Source of the DNA: Guillardia theta CCMP2712
Taxonomy: Eukaryota; Protista; Cryptophyta
NCBI RefSeq assembly: GCF_000315625.1
Contig: NW_005434619.1
Location: forward strand, 351,357 to 415,356
Direction: 5' to 3'
DNA length: 64,000 nt
Of this stretch, positions 18,063 through 30,440 are shown in pieces (position 1 is the stretch's first letter; each line of letters begins with the position of its first letter). The notes under the pieces are model-generated. The model was not told the origin of the DNA, ran no database searches, and saw nothing but the letters and a program-made list of their open reading frames with translations. A program made the translations under genes and the position numbers.

Positions 18063-18724
18063 TGCTGAGCTAGATAAAAGTTTGATTCGATTTTTGTGCG
18101 ATTAGCTCACTTATGACTGTTGTAAGGACTTGCAGTCACAAGAGCCGGCCAGCAAATTTTCACTTGATTGACATGGTGCAATTCATCGCGTGCAGCTTAC
18201 CAGAGTATTCTTGCTCTTGAAGCACTTCCTCTCTATCTACTACAATATCTTCTTCCTGCCTGCTACGCCATGACCTCCTGAGTTCTTCGCCGTGGTCTGC
18301 ATTCTCACGACACACCACGCTTGACTGCCATGGCGCCACAGCAGCAAGCAAGAGGGGCCAGCAGTTCAATGCTAGGGTACGGTAGTATAAATTATGGGGT
18401 AGTACAAATTGCTCTGAATATTTCGAGTGATTTATTTGCTATTATTACTTATAAATTCAAATACTTTTGACAAATTTCAACAAGTTTTCATAAAATTGAA
18501 CATACGTGAAATATTGGGGGTAGGGGTATCGAAGGGGTAGGGTAATCATCGGAAGGGTGGGAGGTAGGAGATGAACTGAGATGCTGCTGAGATGAACTCA
18601 TACAGCACCTATCTGAAAGGCCCGGTGGCGGTAGTGTCGGGTGCTCACCCTCAGCGGGGGGATGAGGGCGAGATACAGAGTGGTTGGAAGGGGCGATGGC
18701 GGGAGAAAGATAAGGGAAGCAGGC

Positions 18725-19968
18725 ATGGCGAGTGTGCATATCCTTGGTCACATCTATGGCGCGGTAAGTGAGACGATGTTGAGGTCCATGGCTCCATCCC
18801 TCGTCGGGCCATGTCCTCTCACCTGTTGTGTCGAAGGATGCTCCCTCTCACTCGTTGCAACAGAGAGGAGTTGGGTCGATTTGGACCAATTATCTGCTGA
18901 GAGCGGTAGGAGAAATGATTGCATGATGGCTCGAAACAGACCACTGACCTGATGAATCTGTTGTGTAGGGTGGAGGACAGGCTCTGTGGTGCCGATGGGA
19001 GATCGTGGTTGAGGACAACCTTCGATGGACCAAAGAGCATGGAACGATCTATGAAGATGGAGAGATGTTGAGAGACCAACATGGAAACGCGGTAGCTCTG
19101 GAAGACCATTTTGTCCGACATGCCCTTTTGCATGCTGATTCTTGTCAGGCTCTGAGCGAAGTCGGACAAACACAATGCTGTGAGTGCTCCCCTGGGGGAC
19201 TGGCTGTCTGGTCCCATCCTGTCGACGTGAAGTACCGAACGACATCTCTGACGGGTATGAATACTCCGCAAGCTCCTGCCTCATCGTAGAGGTTACATGA
19301 GAATATCTGAAACTCGTTGCTGCCAGGATGGCCATCGATGCTCTTCGAGGTATGGTCACAGGTAGATCTGTTCTTACATGGTTTCAGCTGGTTAAGGTTG
19401 CATGGTGACGAACAGGACGGCGGAGGAAGGAACGAGATAGTGGGATATGCTGTATGCCACATACCTGCAGCTCCTGGATTCCACGAGATAGAGGTCCGAT
19501 ACTGGCTCTTGTTTCCACTGCACAGGCTCGGGGTGATATGTACTCAGGTTCCTATCTGGAGACCCTTGGCGAGTCAAGGAGAGCGGGGCTGGTGGAGGCG
19601 GATGTAAAAGAACTGGCTGCCAGAATGCCTCTCATATCTACTTCAGGAGCAAATCGTTGAGCGGGTGGTTCCTGGGGATCTGGCCACGTCTCAACGACGA
19701 TGGTTCCTCTGCGACGCGTACCTTCACGACGGCAGCGAAGAATGTACTGTACAATCCTATCAACTTCACAAAGGTTTTGCTCTCGATCGTCAACTTAGTT
19801 CTTTCATGTGACGAGCGGGGCTGGCAGGAGCGGTCGGCAATCGAAACCGTAGGGACAGGCAGCCTGATGGTCAAGCTTTCTGTCATCACCAGAGGGTTCG
19901 ACAAGTACGGTCCTGGGACCAACCTCGCTGTGGAGGAAGCTTGGAGAAAGCAGCAGGGAGAGTTGTAG
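18725..19968 (+). CDS. B9D2: Ciliary transition-zone B9-domain protein (B9D2/MKSR2-like), many small exons
   Basis: MASVHILGHI, GQTQC, VWSHPVDVKY.T.SL.G|WPSMLFEVW, GRNEIVGYAVCHIPAAPG.HEI, IWRP, WFLG..PRL and T.GTGSLMVKLSVITRGFDKYG match B9D2. Confidence 0.85.
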
Positions 19969-20245
19969 AACGGCGTGGAACAGTATCGGAGCCGCAAGTT
20001 TCAAGTTTCGAAAGTTCACTGAGCCTCACGTCGCGTCACGGCGTGATGGTGACTCCGAGGGAGCTGATCGGACCACGGAGTCGGATTTCTGAGTCGGGCA
20101 GCCTGAGGATCCTCAGGCTAAGTCCGTGGTTCAAGTATTAAAAATGTTTCTTATGATCACCGTCAAGTCTGCGATTGGAAAATGACTCGCCGTTTGGCCA
20201 GTGCGACAGTGTCAGGGTCAAGCCTCCTCGACTATCCTGATTGTC

Positions 20246-20278
20246 CTCGTACTGATTTTTCACTTAACTTTGAGGAAA
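20246..20278 (-). repeat. Dispersed 33-bp element, copy 2 (reverse orientation)
   Basis: CTCGTACTGATTTTTCACTTAACTTTGAGGAAA is the reverse complement of the consensus with 2 mismatches. Confidence 0.9.
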
Positions 20279-20574
20279 ATGACTCTAAACCTCTTCATCA
20301 TCACCATCATGATCTCATGCATACATACATTCAATACTTGTTCAAAGGAATGATTGAACAATAACACATAGCAACAATCAATGAGTATATGCATGGAAAA
20401 GACGCAGAAGCCGATACAACTGGCAAAGCGTCCATAACGCCACCATCAGTGCGCCACACGTGACACTTAGAAATTTTTTCAAGTTTTTGAATTAAGGAAT
20501 TAAGTAAATCTTTACTCAAAAACCTAAGATATACCTATGTTCCAGGAGCTTCCTCCTATAGATAATTGTGAGTC

Positions 20575-20614
20575 CTCGTACTTCTAGTACTGATTTTTAA
20601 TTTAACTCTGAGAA
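20575..20614 (-). repeat. Dispersed 33-bp element, copy 3 (reverse, degenerate, 9-bp insertion)
   Basis: CTCGTAC[TTCTAGTAC]TGATTTTTAATTTAACTCTGAGAA. Confidence 0.8.
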
Positions 20615-20779
20615 TCCCTTCTACGGGGGCCCACTGTTCTGAATTGCAAGTGAACGGGCTGCGGCAGTGCCATTGATTGGGCCCGGCCCGGCCCGGGGGG
20701 GGGGCGGCGGGGGGGCCGCCCGGTACCAGTCACTGGCCCGGGTTAGTACTCGTACGCGGCACGTTCACTGGCATGTAAC

Positions 20780-20812
20780 TTTACTCAAAGTTAAGTTAAA
20801 AATCAGTACGAG
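20780..20812 (+). repeat. Dispersed 33-bp element, copy 4
   Basis: TTTACTCAAAGTTAAGTTAAAAATCAGTACGAG (consensus). Confidence 0.95.
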
Positions 20813-20857
20813 GTATCTAGTACATCGGCCCGACCGGTCATGACGGTCTGTGATGCT

Positions 20858-20890
20858 TTTACTCAAAGTTAAGTTAAAGATCAGTACGAG
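20858..20890 (+). repeat. Dispersed 33-bp element, copy 5
   Basis: TTTACTCAAAGTTAAGTTAAAGATCAGTACGAG, 1 mismatch, 45 bp after copy 4. Confidence 0.95.
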
Positions 20891-21728
20891 TGATGCCTGT
20901 GATGCGTTGAGACACAACTGAGAAAAAAAACACTAAAAATGCTAAAAATGAAGAGGCGAGTGACGACACTGTCAAGCATGACCCTGAGGGGGTGGCCTTT
21001 ATTTCATAGTCGGAGACATAGTAAATATTGCATGTAGGGTACCTCTCCTTGAGATCTAAGCCTTGACTTCTTACTACACCTCACTCCGAAAGCTTCGTCA
21101 CTTTTAACACCTATACCTCTGATTGGGTACCCCCTCTTATCCCTGATTGTACCCCTACCTTGCAGTGCTATCCTGACCTCCAATGGTACCCCTACCCTCT
21201 CCATGAAGAATGCAATCTCGAGACCCTTCTTGGCCTATGGATCTGATAACCCCTACCCCTCCAATTAAACCTTTTGGCAGCTATAAACCACCCGTACTCA
21301 TTGAATCTTTTCTGGACCCCCACCTCCCTGTAAACTCAAAGAACGCACATCCCCTCGTCTGAAAACCTCTCCGCGCCATGTGCTGCCGTTTCGCTTAGGT
21401 CTTTGCGCACTCGTTGCTCTCCCACTTGTTCTCGTCCCCTCCTCCTCTCCTCCCTCCTCCTCTCGCTTCAAGCTTCCACTCACTCCCCTCCTCCTTCTCA
21501 CCCATTCACGCTTCGAGCCAGGATCCGCCCGGGTGCTGGCCAGTCCCTACACCGCTAGATAGCCCTTTTACAGGATAGACTTATCTTCGTATTGGAAAGC
21601 TGCGTGAACGTTGGTTGAGCGAACCAAGAGCACTGGTCGTCAGAAGACGAACAGATACGCAGATCAGAACAAGCAGACGATTCAAATCATCTGCTTCTAT
21701 ATTGACAGGCACAAGTGTGGTAAACAAG

Positions 21729-22205
21729 ATGCTTGGCCCGAAGGTAGCCCGCGTCTTCCTCCGCAAGCGGAGAGATGAGACGGGTGAAGGTCAGCAACCC
21801 TCCCAGCGAGAGGTTCTCATCACCAACGAGACCATCGAGTCTCTCCTCCACCTCCGTCAGACCGACGCCGCCAACCAGCTCGGCATCTCCCTCACGGCCC
21901 TCAAGAACGCCTGCAAGTACCTTGGCTTCGACAACTGGCCGACGGCGAGGAGCAACCTCGTAGCAACTCAGCCAACAGCCTCAGTTGCACTCCCGTCCGT
22001 CACCTCGCCGGCTCCGGCTCAGACTCGGAACCCTCGGAATCGGTTGGTAGCCGAAGGAGAGGCCGGGCGATCAGGGTTAGTGGGAAGCAGGAAGGCAGGA
22101 CGGGGAGAGAAGAGGCAGAGGCTCGCAGAGAGTATCCCAGCATTGAAAAGCCACGGGCTTGAGGAGCTGATGCTTGACGCGCTGGAGCATGTGGCAGATC
22201 TATGA
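21729..22205 (+). CDS. RWP-RK-like domain transcription factor (intronless)
   Basis: ITNETIESLLHLRQTDAANQLGISLTALKNACKYLGFDNWP follows the RWP-RK pattern (L.L..AA..LG...T.LK..CR.LGI.RWP) with a divergent NWP. Confidence 0.8.
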   Translation: MLGPKVARVFLRKRRDETGEGQQPSQREVLITNETIESLLHLRQTDAANQLGISLTALKNACKYLGFDNWPTARSNLVATQPTASVALPSVTSPAPAQTRNPRNRLVAEGEAGRSGLVGSRKAGRGEKRQRLAESIPALKSHGLEELMLDALEHVADL

Positions 22206-22879
22206 GGGGTGGGGCTTGGCCCTCAGGTGATCAAACGTGCTGCAGTGCAGTTACTGTTGGTTGTTTTGCTGTCAAAAACAATACCTCCTTCAGGTTTGAC
22301 TGACCTGCGGAGGGAGCTTGTTGGCGGTCTGGTGGAAATCGGCCATGTGTACTATAGAGTTCGTTCCTAGTGCTTACATCGTGATTTGATGTTTTCAAAT
22401 AGAACGCTGTTTGTGACTTTGACTGTGATTTCTCGCAGTTTTTCCAGTAGATAAATCTATTTCACACGCTTGCCTCCACCCCTTTCGTCGTGCCATTCAA
22501 AACAACATTGCAGCTTTCTATGGTCGCATACCTTTGACATTGAATCGAGAGAATTGAATCGAGCAAATTATGGACGCCATGTGTGTCCCTGATCCTAAGT
22601 TTCCTCTTTTTTCTGCAACAGAGAATCTGTCAAAGTAACCTCTTCAAATTCTACGAAGGCGAATCTGTGAACAGTTATGAGCTGGTGGACGGGAGCAAGG
22701 GAAGGGAGGAGAGAAGAGGGGGAGTGTATAGGAAGGGGGTAGAAGCAAACGACAAGACTTTTATGTTCACTTGCACTTGTCCACTCAATTTCGCTCTCAA
22801 GACAGTAGCTCAAAGTTTCTTGAAGAACTCCTGCATCAAGGTTTCAGTCTCAAGACAGCAGCACAAGGATCCTGCTCCT

Positions 22880-25455
22880 ACCGGCCTGTTGCTCTTACTT
22901 GGGAACTGCTTGCTGTCATCCCCCTACAAAATAGTCAGTGCCTCCCAGCTCCTCTTCTCCTACAAACCGCCAGCGGGAGGACGGAACGGGCAAGGGTGAT
23001 CCATCCGTTGGGTCCTGAGAGGAACCCTGGGCCCCCGAGTCAGCTACCTGCCCGCCCTCCTCCTCCTCCTCCTCCTCCTCCTCTCCTCCTCCTCCTCCTC
23101 CTCCTCCTCCTCCTCTCTCCTCCTCCTCCTCCTCTCCTCCTCCTTCTCCTCTCCTCCTCCTCCTCCTCCTCCTCCTCCCCCTCACCCTTGAGTGCGAGCG
23201 AGCCCCGAACTCTCCATGACGTGTTTTCCCACACGCCGAGGCCAAAGATCTGGAGAGGAGGGTCAGCAGCTCCAGGGCACCCGGCAGGTCCTACCAGCCT
23301 CTCGTAGGGCTCCACCAGCCTGTGGGACAAGAAGCCTCCCCACTTGAGCAGCACAGCTTCAGTGAGGAATCGGAGAGCAGAAGGTGGAAGGGACGGGAGA
23401 GTGAAGGGGTGAGTGGAGGAAAGGAGAGTGAGGAAGAGGATGAGGATGAAGGGGGATGGGCGAAGAGGAGAGACACAAGGGGGAGGACGGGAGGGAGGGA
23501 GAGAAGAGAAGAGAGCAACTAGCAGGAAAGAAGATATGCAAGAAAAGATTGCCAAGGAAAAGATCTTGTGCAACCGCGGCCAGGCACGGGAGGGTGAGGA
23601 GGGAAGGGGCGGATGAGGGGACACCTGCTGGAAGGGAAGCACGAAGAAGGCTCCAAAGAACTCTCTCAGCTCCCCAAGGCCTGCCCAGCAGGATGAGCAA
23701 GCAAGAGCAGCCCCCTCCTCCCTCCTTCACCTATCGACTCAAGGTATTCCCCCCCGAAGTTAGCAAAGTCGCGCTGCCTCCTCGTCTTGTCGGTCCACAG
23801 CTGCTCCCACACGTGATGCGCCGCCGCCTCGGCATCCTGCAGCTCCGGTCAGGCCCTGCCCGTCCCATTCCTTCCCACAGAGCCTCTTCCCCCTGTCTCC
23901 GTGCTACCTTCCTCCATCTCCCTCTCCCTCTCTTCTCTTCTCTTCTCTTCCCCCTTCTTGCCGCTTTCTCCCACTGTTCTATTCGCTCTCCTCCCTTTGC
24001 TCTACCTCCTTCCTCTCATCTACACCGCTCCCTTCTCTCACACACCTCAGGGTTCTTCTTGAGAGCCTCCTCGATGGACTTGGCAGTGTCGGACGCCAAC
24101 GTCAACGTCCTTGACAGCATGTACCTATTCCCATCATCAATTCCTCTCCTCGTCCTCTCCCCCTGGGGGGACTTCGCAAGGGCCAACCCTGTGGCAGGAT
24201 GCACCAGACCGGCAGAACCTCCGAAACCAACAACTCTTTGCGGGGAAACGGGCCTGTCAGAACGTGTCAAGGTCAACAGACGCGTCTCAGTGTCGTACAT
24301 GGCTCCTCCCATTGGGATGTAGCAGAACTCCTCCTCGTGGACCTTGACAACTTTGGTCCCCCAGAGGTCAAGACGCCTGCAGGCCAGCGTTAGCAGGAAG
24401 AGGGGAGGGAGGGAGGGAGGGAGGGAGGGTGAGGAGGAGGAGGAGAGCGGCTCACTTGTACAATCTCCTCTTCAGGTCGTCGAAGGGCACAGCGGGGTTG
24501 GCGATGAGAGAAGTTTCTGCGCTCGGGACGTCAACTTCCACCAAAGTCTCCGCTCCCCTTCACCTTCAAAGAACACCCTCCCAGCATTCGTCGGCATGAC
24601 ATAGATGAAGGTCGGAACAGCCTCGGACTCCTGCCAGGCCTCTCACTCCCTCTCGCGTGCCCCCTCGCCTCCCACACTCACGGCCAACTCCCCTGAGGAG
24701 CTCTGCATGTGGACATCACGATAATCCATGAGCAGCATCTCATCTAGCGGGAAGGGATACGTCCCCGGCTCGATGTCGCACTCGATCCCGTACGCCGCCT
24801 GCACCCCTGGCTCGCGTCCCTGCTCGTACTCGACAAACGCCTTCGAGTGTCCCGTGCAGTCAACAACCAGCCGGGTCTTGAGCTCACTGCCGTCGTCCAG
24901 CTTCACCGAGGTCATGCTCTTCTCGTGCAACAGCGACTTCACCGCCACCTTCTCCATCCTTACCCCGTACTTGCTGCACCTGGACAGGAAGTGCTCCTTG
25001 ATCTTCTTGCGGTCAATCCTCCCGTAAGGACGGTTCAGCACGATCTTCTCGTCCCCTGAGCTTCCTCCCATGAAGACTGTCGCCGTCGGCCAGATCGTCA
25101 TGAGGCATTCCTTCAGGCCCAGCGGCTCAACTTCATCAACCCACACTCCATAGTTGGGGATCCACCCGACGTCTAGGTTGGGATCGACGCAGGAAACCTT
25201 CATGCCCTTCATCCCCAGCTCTGCCGTCAGCGCCAACCCTGCAGGCCCTGAGCCCACGACCACGACATCCATAACTTGCTCGTTGCTGCTCATCCTCAAA
25301 CCACCCAGTCGCGGTCCCCTGCTGACAACGGAGCCGGTGGAGGCCGAGCATACCTTGCCCTGCTGGCGGTTGAGAGAAGGGAGGATGCCTCCTCTGAGAA
25401 GAAAGGGACATGCGGCGGGCATCAGAGCCAACGACAGAAGAACTTGCTTGATCAT
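22880..25455 (-). CDS. LCYB: Lycopene beta-cyclase (CrtL/LCYB family), plastid-targeted, multi-exon; 3' end approximate
   Basis: Signal peptide plus Phe (MIKQVLLSLALMPAACPF), FAD-binding DVVVVGSGPAGL, WIPNYGVWVDE, RPYGRIDR, PGVQAAYGI, MLLMDYR, PTFIYVMP, EETSL, IPMGG, GGSAGLVHPATG, WGGFLSHRL. Confidence 0.9.
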
Positions 25456-26199
25456 CGTGCGGTTCTAGGACGGGAGAGGATCTTTGCTCAGAGTAACGTT
25501 AGGCGAGAGATCGAGTAAGAGCGGCAAGAGGAAGAGGCAGAGGAAGGAGAGGAGAAGGGATGAAGGGGAGGGGGAGGGAGGGAGAGCGGGAACGGAGGAG
25601 GGAGGGAGGAGGGGGAGATCGCCTCCACTTGCGCGACCCCCTTTACATGTCAAGTCCTAAAGGGGGTGGGGTGAAAATTTCGTAATACCCCCTATTTTTA
25701 TATGAAAATGATCCATAATTTGTGTGGTAGGGTACTTGTTTGTGGGTGGTGGGGTAAAGGGGGTAGTAGGAACGGCATCGTATCATGTCAGACTGCAAAT
25801 CTATTTGTGCAGACAAGACATGGTGGAAGGAGGAGAAGTTATGATGATAACAAGTTAGGAAAGAATCTCAAGAAGGAGGTTGAAGGGTAAGGAGGAGGAG
25901 GAGGAGGAGGAGGAGGAACGGGAGCAAGAGAAGATTGAATAACAGACAAGAAGGAGGAGGACGGGAAGGAGTTTGAAGAAGGAAGAAAGGGAAAAGGGAT
26001 CTCAAGATGAAAACCGAATGTGCATCAACTATTAAGTCGAGATGAATATAAACGAAGAAGATGAGTTCACGAGCAAGCAGACTCCCCGTGAGAACAAGGT
26101 TGAGAACTGGAAACCTTCTGATGAAGAACTGTCTTCAACGTTCGAAAATGGATGGATGTCGTTGTAGAGAAAAGGATGTCATGGAATCTATCTTGAGAG

Positions 26200-26944
26200 G
26201 AAAGAATACATTGAGAGGAGAACATCTCACACTAGTGTCATGCTTATCCTCGAAATTTCCCAACTCGGCAGATCAGCTCCTAGCGATGGCTCGAACTCGT
26301 CACTGGCGGAGGCATGCGGGCGACCTGCAAAAACTCTCCATCCCCGCAGAAAGTTTCGACACAGCTGGAACTGACGTCTCCTTCGAACGATGGACTCGCC
26401 AACGCAAAGGCTGTTGCGTCTGCGGAGAAGGTTGATCCAGCTTCGGCACACCTGGTGGAGAAGCAACCGCCTCCTAGAGAATGCAGACATTCTCAAAACT
26501 TTGTCGTAGAACGAGTCTTGCAGATGTTTCCCCTTGGATATCAAGTCCAGATGTTGCAAGTCGTTGTGCTCCCGTTGCGATTCCAACGCGCTCTGCACTT
26601 TCTTGCCTCTCTCCTCCGTTGCCGTCAAACACATCTGAGATGGCCGTCAGCAAACCAAGACCTCTAGAGTGTTCCAAGATCAACTGATGAACCTGTAACT
26701 TCTCGATGTCTTGCTGGGTAGCTGTGGTTTCCTTGACGATAAGATCCAACACATCCGAAGTTTGAGTGCAAAGATCCCACATCTCACTGTGGATGCTCTC
26801 ACTCTCTTTGTTGATCCTGCTTATCTGATGGGAGGCGTGTTTCCTAGCTGAGTTCCATTCATCCAGCAAAGTTGTCATCTGTTCAATCCTTCGCATGTTC
26901 GCTGATGCATCGTTCCTTGGCGTGCTCTTTGTACTGTTCGACAT
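26200..26944 (-). CDS. Hypothetical coiled-coil protein (boundaries uncertain)
   Basis: A 156-aa ATG ORF with heptad character and an adjoining ORF (26227-26634). No family recognised. Confidence 0.4.
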
Positions 26945-27486
26945 GTCGGCGTAGAGCGTTGATGCGATGATTTATGGGAACTGCTTCTTTCTCCGTCGTC
27001 CTTCGCTCCCGTCAAGAGAGCCCGTCTGCAAGAGCTACATCAGCATGCAAGTGACATCTGTCTATCCCGTATAAACTCACTCTCGATCTGAAGTCTGGCA
27101 TCACGACATGCTCGCAGGGAGTTTGTTGGGAGGATGCAACAATAATCATTATGCAGGGCGGCAGATTAAGACAACATCAGGATGGAGAGAGGGGCGCTGG
27201 TTGCGAGAATTACAAGAGGTGACAAATTGGACTCTGTGAAGAGAAACGGGAGGAATAGGTGAGGGGAGGTGCTGCTGGGTTGACAACGGAAGAAATTTTT
27301 GAATTCCATCGCATCGGGAGTGAAAGCATCTGCCGGGCCAGAGGAGAGGAAGGCTATGATGACTTCATGCTACATGCTGCGACTTGACTGAGTGACTCAT
27401 CTTCCCTCTCGCACTTGGCAGAGCCCGGGCCACATCAAGGTCTCCTCACCATGTTTGTGCAGTTGCATATCCCCTGATCGGCGCTG

Positions 27487-27519
27487 TTTACTCAAAGTTA
27501 AGTTAAAAATCAGTACGAG
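27487..27519 (+). repeat. Dispersed 33-bp element, copy 6
   Basis: Perfect consensus. Confidence 0.95.
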
Positions 27520-27832
27520 GACGCTAGTGAGGGACTGATTTAACCGGGATCGGATAGGTCCGGAGGCTTAAACCTGGGCCCCGGCGGCGGGGCGGGCCGG
27601 GCCCGGGGGACCGAGTCAGTCCGAGCCTCAGTCACGCTCCTACCGGGCCGGGCGGCCCCCGGGCCCGGGCGGGGCGGTGGCGGGAGTCTCGACTCGAAGC
27701 CAAAGCACTGACGGTCGCGCCGGGCGGCCGGGCCGCCGCCTGATCGGATGAGGAGTCCGGCCCGGGCTGTACACGGGCCGTCCGTGACGGTAGTCACTCA
27801 GCGGCTCGTGGTACTGGGCCTCAGTACAGTTG

Positions 27833-27865
27833 TTTACTCAAAGTTAAGTTAAAAATCAGTACGAG
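27833..27865 (+). repeat. Dispersed 33-bp element, copy 7
   Basis: Perfect consensus. It forms a direct repeat with copy 6 around a 313-bp GC-rich segment. Confidence 0.95.
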
Positions 27866-28628
27866 TACGGTACTAGACCGAGTCATGGCCGGAACTTTTA
27901 CTTTATAGTTGTCGTATTTTGATGTACGGAAGTGGTGGGTGATCTTGCAGTAATTGAGGGGGGTAGGGGTTGTTTTTTGGGATCAGTATTGAGAAGGTGC
28001 AATAATAGTATCTTTGTACCATGGTGGGTAGTATCACCCCACCACATATCTTTCCGCAAACAAGCAGATATGAACGGGGTACTATTCTAAAGAGGTGGGG
28101 TGATTCGGGTGAGGGTGGTGTTTGGTTTGTGGAGATGCAGCTTTTGGTGCAGTGGTGGACGAGCGGACAGAAGGAGGAGAAGGAGGAGGAGGAGGAGGAG
28201 AAGGAGGAGGAGGAGGAGAGAGGTTACGATGATGAAGAGAAGGAGAGACGGGAGAAGCGTCGTAAGGAGCAAGATCACGGATGAACTTTCTAGGAACAGA
28301 ACTAAGAGACGGTGATTGACTCCAGATCTGTAAATGCTAAAAGCTCATCATATGTGAGAGCATATGCCGTCCAGATGACAACCAGAAATGAAAATTTCAG
28401 CTGAATTCTTGAACTTCCATGAAAGGATAGATTGGTGGCCATTCATTTATCTTTTCATAAACCCTGGCCATTCAGATACCCATTTTTGATGACTGTGTTT
28501 TGAAAATGGTTGAAACTTCTTTACTTTATTCTCTGATGAACTGTATTGTAGAGGGAGCAGCTCAATCTTACTTGTCCATACCTTTCTTGTAAACTTTTAT
28601 TTCAATCCAGCCGCACTGAAGCGAGAAG

Positions 28629-30064
28629 ATGATGGAGTTCGAGAGAATAAAGGAAGAACAAGCCAAGGAATCTACGGAGGGATATGATGGACCAAGCAAC
28701 CAAACTGAGCATCATGAAAAGAGCTGCCGGTACATAAAGATCGTCATTATTTGTTGTATTGATCTGAACATGCACAGAATTTGCTTCGAAGCAGATTGCG
28801 ATTCATCGAACCAGCTAGTGTCGCCATGCAAATGCAAGGGGACTCAGCGATATGTGCATACCAAATGTCTTAGGAGATGGCAACGAACTGCACTCGCGCA
28901 GCCAAACTCCAAACGAGCGATGATCTGCTCTGTTTGCAATTCTTTCTATTCAATGCCACCCCCTGGTACTTTCTTCATTCTGGTTACTCGGTGCTGAAAG
29001 ATGTGATAAGTTTTAAGCCCAAGCTTGGAAGAAAGTTCATTTGTTGGAGGAATTTTACCTTCATGGTTGTCGGCGCTCAGTAGAAACATTTTCATCGCAT
29101 CGGTCAAACCAAATTAGATTATGAGCCTTTTAATTTCATTCTTTACAGGTGATTGCTACTCTACTACAGAATAGCAGGAATATCCCCTCACTCTTCCATC
29201 TACTGACTTTGTTAGTTGCATTCGCTTTCGCCTCAAGGTATTTCCTGCATTAGCTTGGCTTGCCTAACATGACTCCCGTAGGATCTCGTTTCTGGGGATG
29301 GCAGACGGGGATCCTATTGAGAGCTTGCAAGCAGGTGTCGCCGCACGATCCGGCTCCGCATGGCGCAAACTGAAGTTCTACCAGGGAAGCTGCTAGTGGC
29401 GAATGGAATCCCAGCGGGAAGCCTTTTCTATCGCTCCGTTGTGTTGCTACTTGAGCATGGACCTCGTGGATCACTTGTAAAGAATCTCAATGTTGAACCC
29501 ACAAAAGTTTTTCTCATCCAGATGTCCCTGGCAGGGTGTCATAATCAACAACAACCAAGAGGTCGGTGGGCCCGTGCACACGTTTCACCCAATACTTGTA
29601 TCCGACTTTCAGCAAGGGAGTGACAGCTACGACATTGCCGGGATCAATGTACTTTTCCAATTTCTCCATTGCCTGTCATGACAGGGTTCCAGGGCCTCTA
29701 CTGGAAGCGCCTTAGCTCTTCGAACGATGTTTTAGATTTAGCACGGTCCAGTGGGAGCACGCAACGGCTGAGGGTGAAAATCGATATGAGATTCTGCTGC
29801 GGAGATGAGAAGTACGCAGGTATTTCGTGGGGTGTCAGGATGGGCTCCACGACAGCTTGATGGAGAAATTCGTCGCGGAGGTTGGAAGATAGCAGGTGCC
29901 CGAACAGCAAAGTTTGGAATTCGCATGAGTCTTACATTCCATTTCTAGATGTCAGTCTTGATCAAATTTTTGATACAACCGGCCGAACCAATCTGTGGGA
30001 GACGCTGGATGCATCTCCAGATACCATGTTGAAGTTCTCTTCCTCACGAGATAGGTCTGACTGA
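28629..30064 (+). CDS. RING-CH (RINGv) E3-ligase domain protein fused to a DUF179 (YqgE/AlgH-like) domain, multi-exon
   Basis: CR|ICFE..LVSPCKCKGTQRYVHTKCLRRW..CSVC is a C4HC3 RINGv. PGKLLVA..FYRSVVLLLEHGPRGSL|GVIIN..GGPV and F.GVSGWAPRQLDGEI match DUF179. Confidence 0.75.
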
Positions 30065-30440
30065 CTTGGGTAGGGGTCTCGCTCAAATCTTGTCTACGGA
30101 ATTGAGTCACTAGGACACGGTTCAGAGTCATTTCGTACCCTGTAAGGAGAGCAGCTCGGTGTATTCCACCATCGAACATCACAACTCAGCGCACTGTGAT
30201 CGACTAAGACTTGGCAATGATTGGACTCGACAACCGCTCTTCAGTATACAATCAACGTTTGTGTTTCCTTCCAGATTCCCCCAATAGAAACAAAATCGTG
30301 TAAAGGAAGCTTTGCTTTGTGCGTGCTGAAGTTTCAAAAATCGCAGGATGGCAGTGCATAGAGTGTCGGCTGTAAATGAATACTGGTTTGTGCCGATGCT
30401 GCGTGTTTGATTTCTCTTTTATGTATCGAGGCAAACAGCA

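Noticed and set aside
20780-20890. CRISPR-like array (33-bp repeat, 45-bp spacer, repeat)
   Set aside because: Only two adjacent direct copies, other spacings are irregular and orientations mixed, there are no cas genes, and the context is eukaryotic.
27487-27519. 33-bp element as a spliced-leader or snRNA gene
   Set aside because: No consistent GT donor or conserved sequence follows the motif across copies, and there is no canonical Sm site. It cannot be fully excluded without transcript data.
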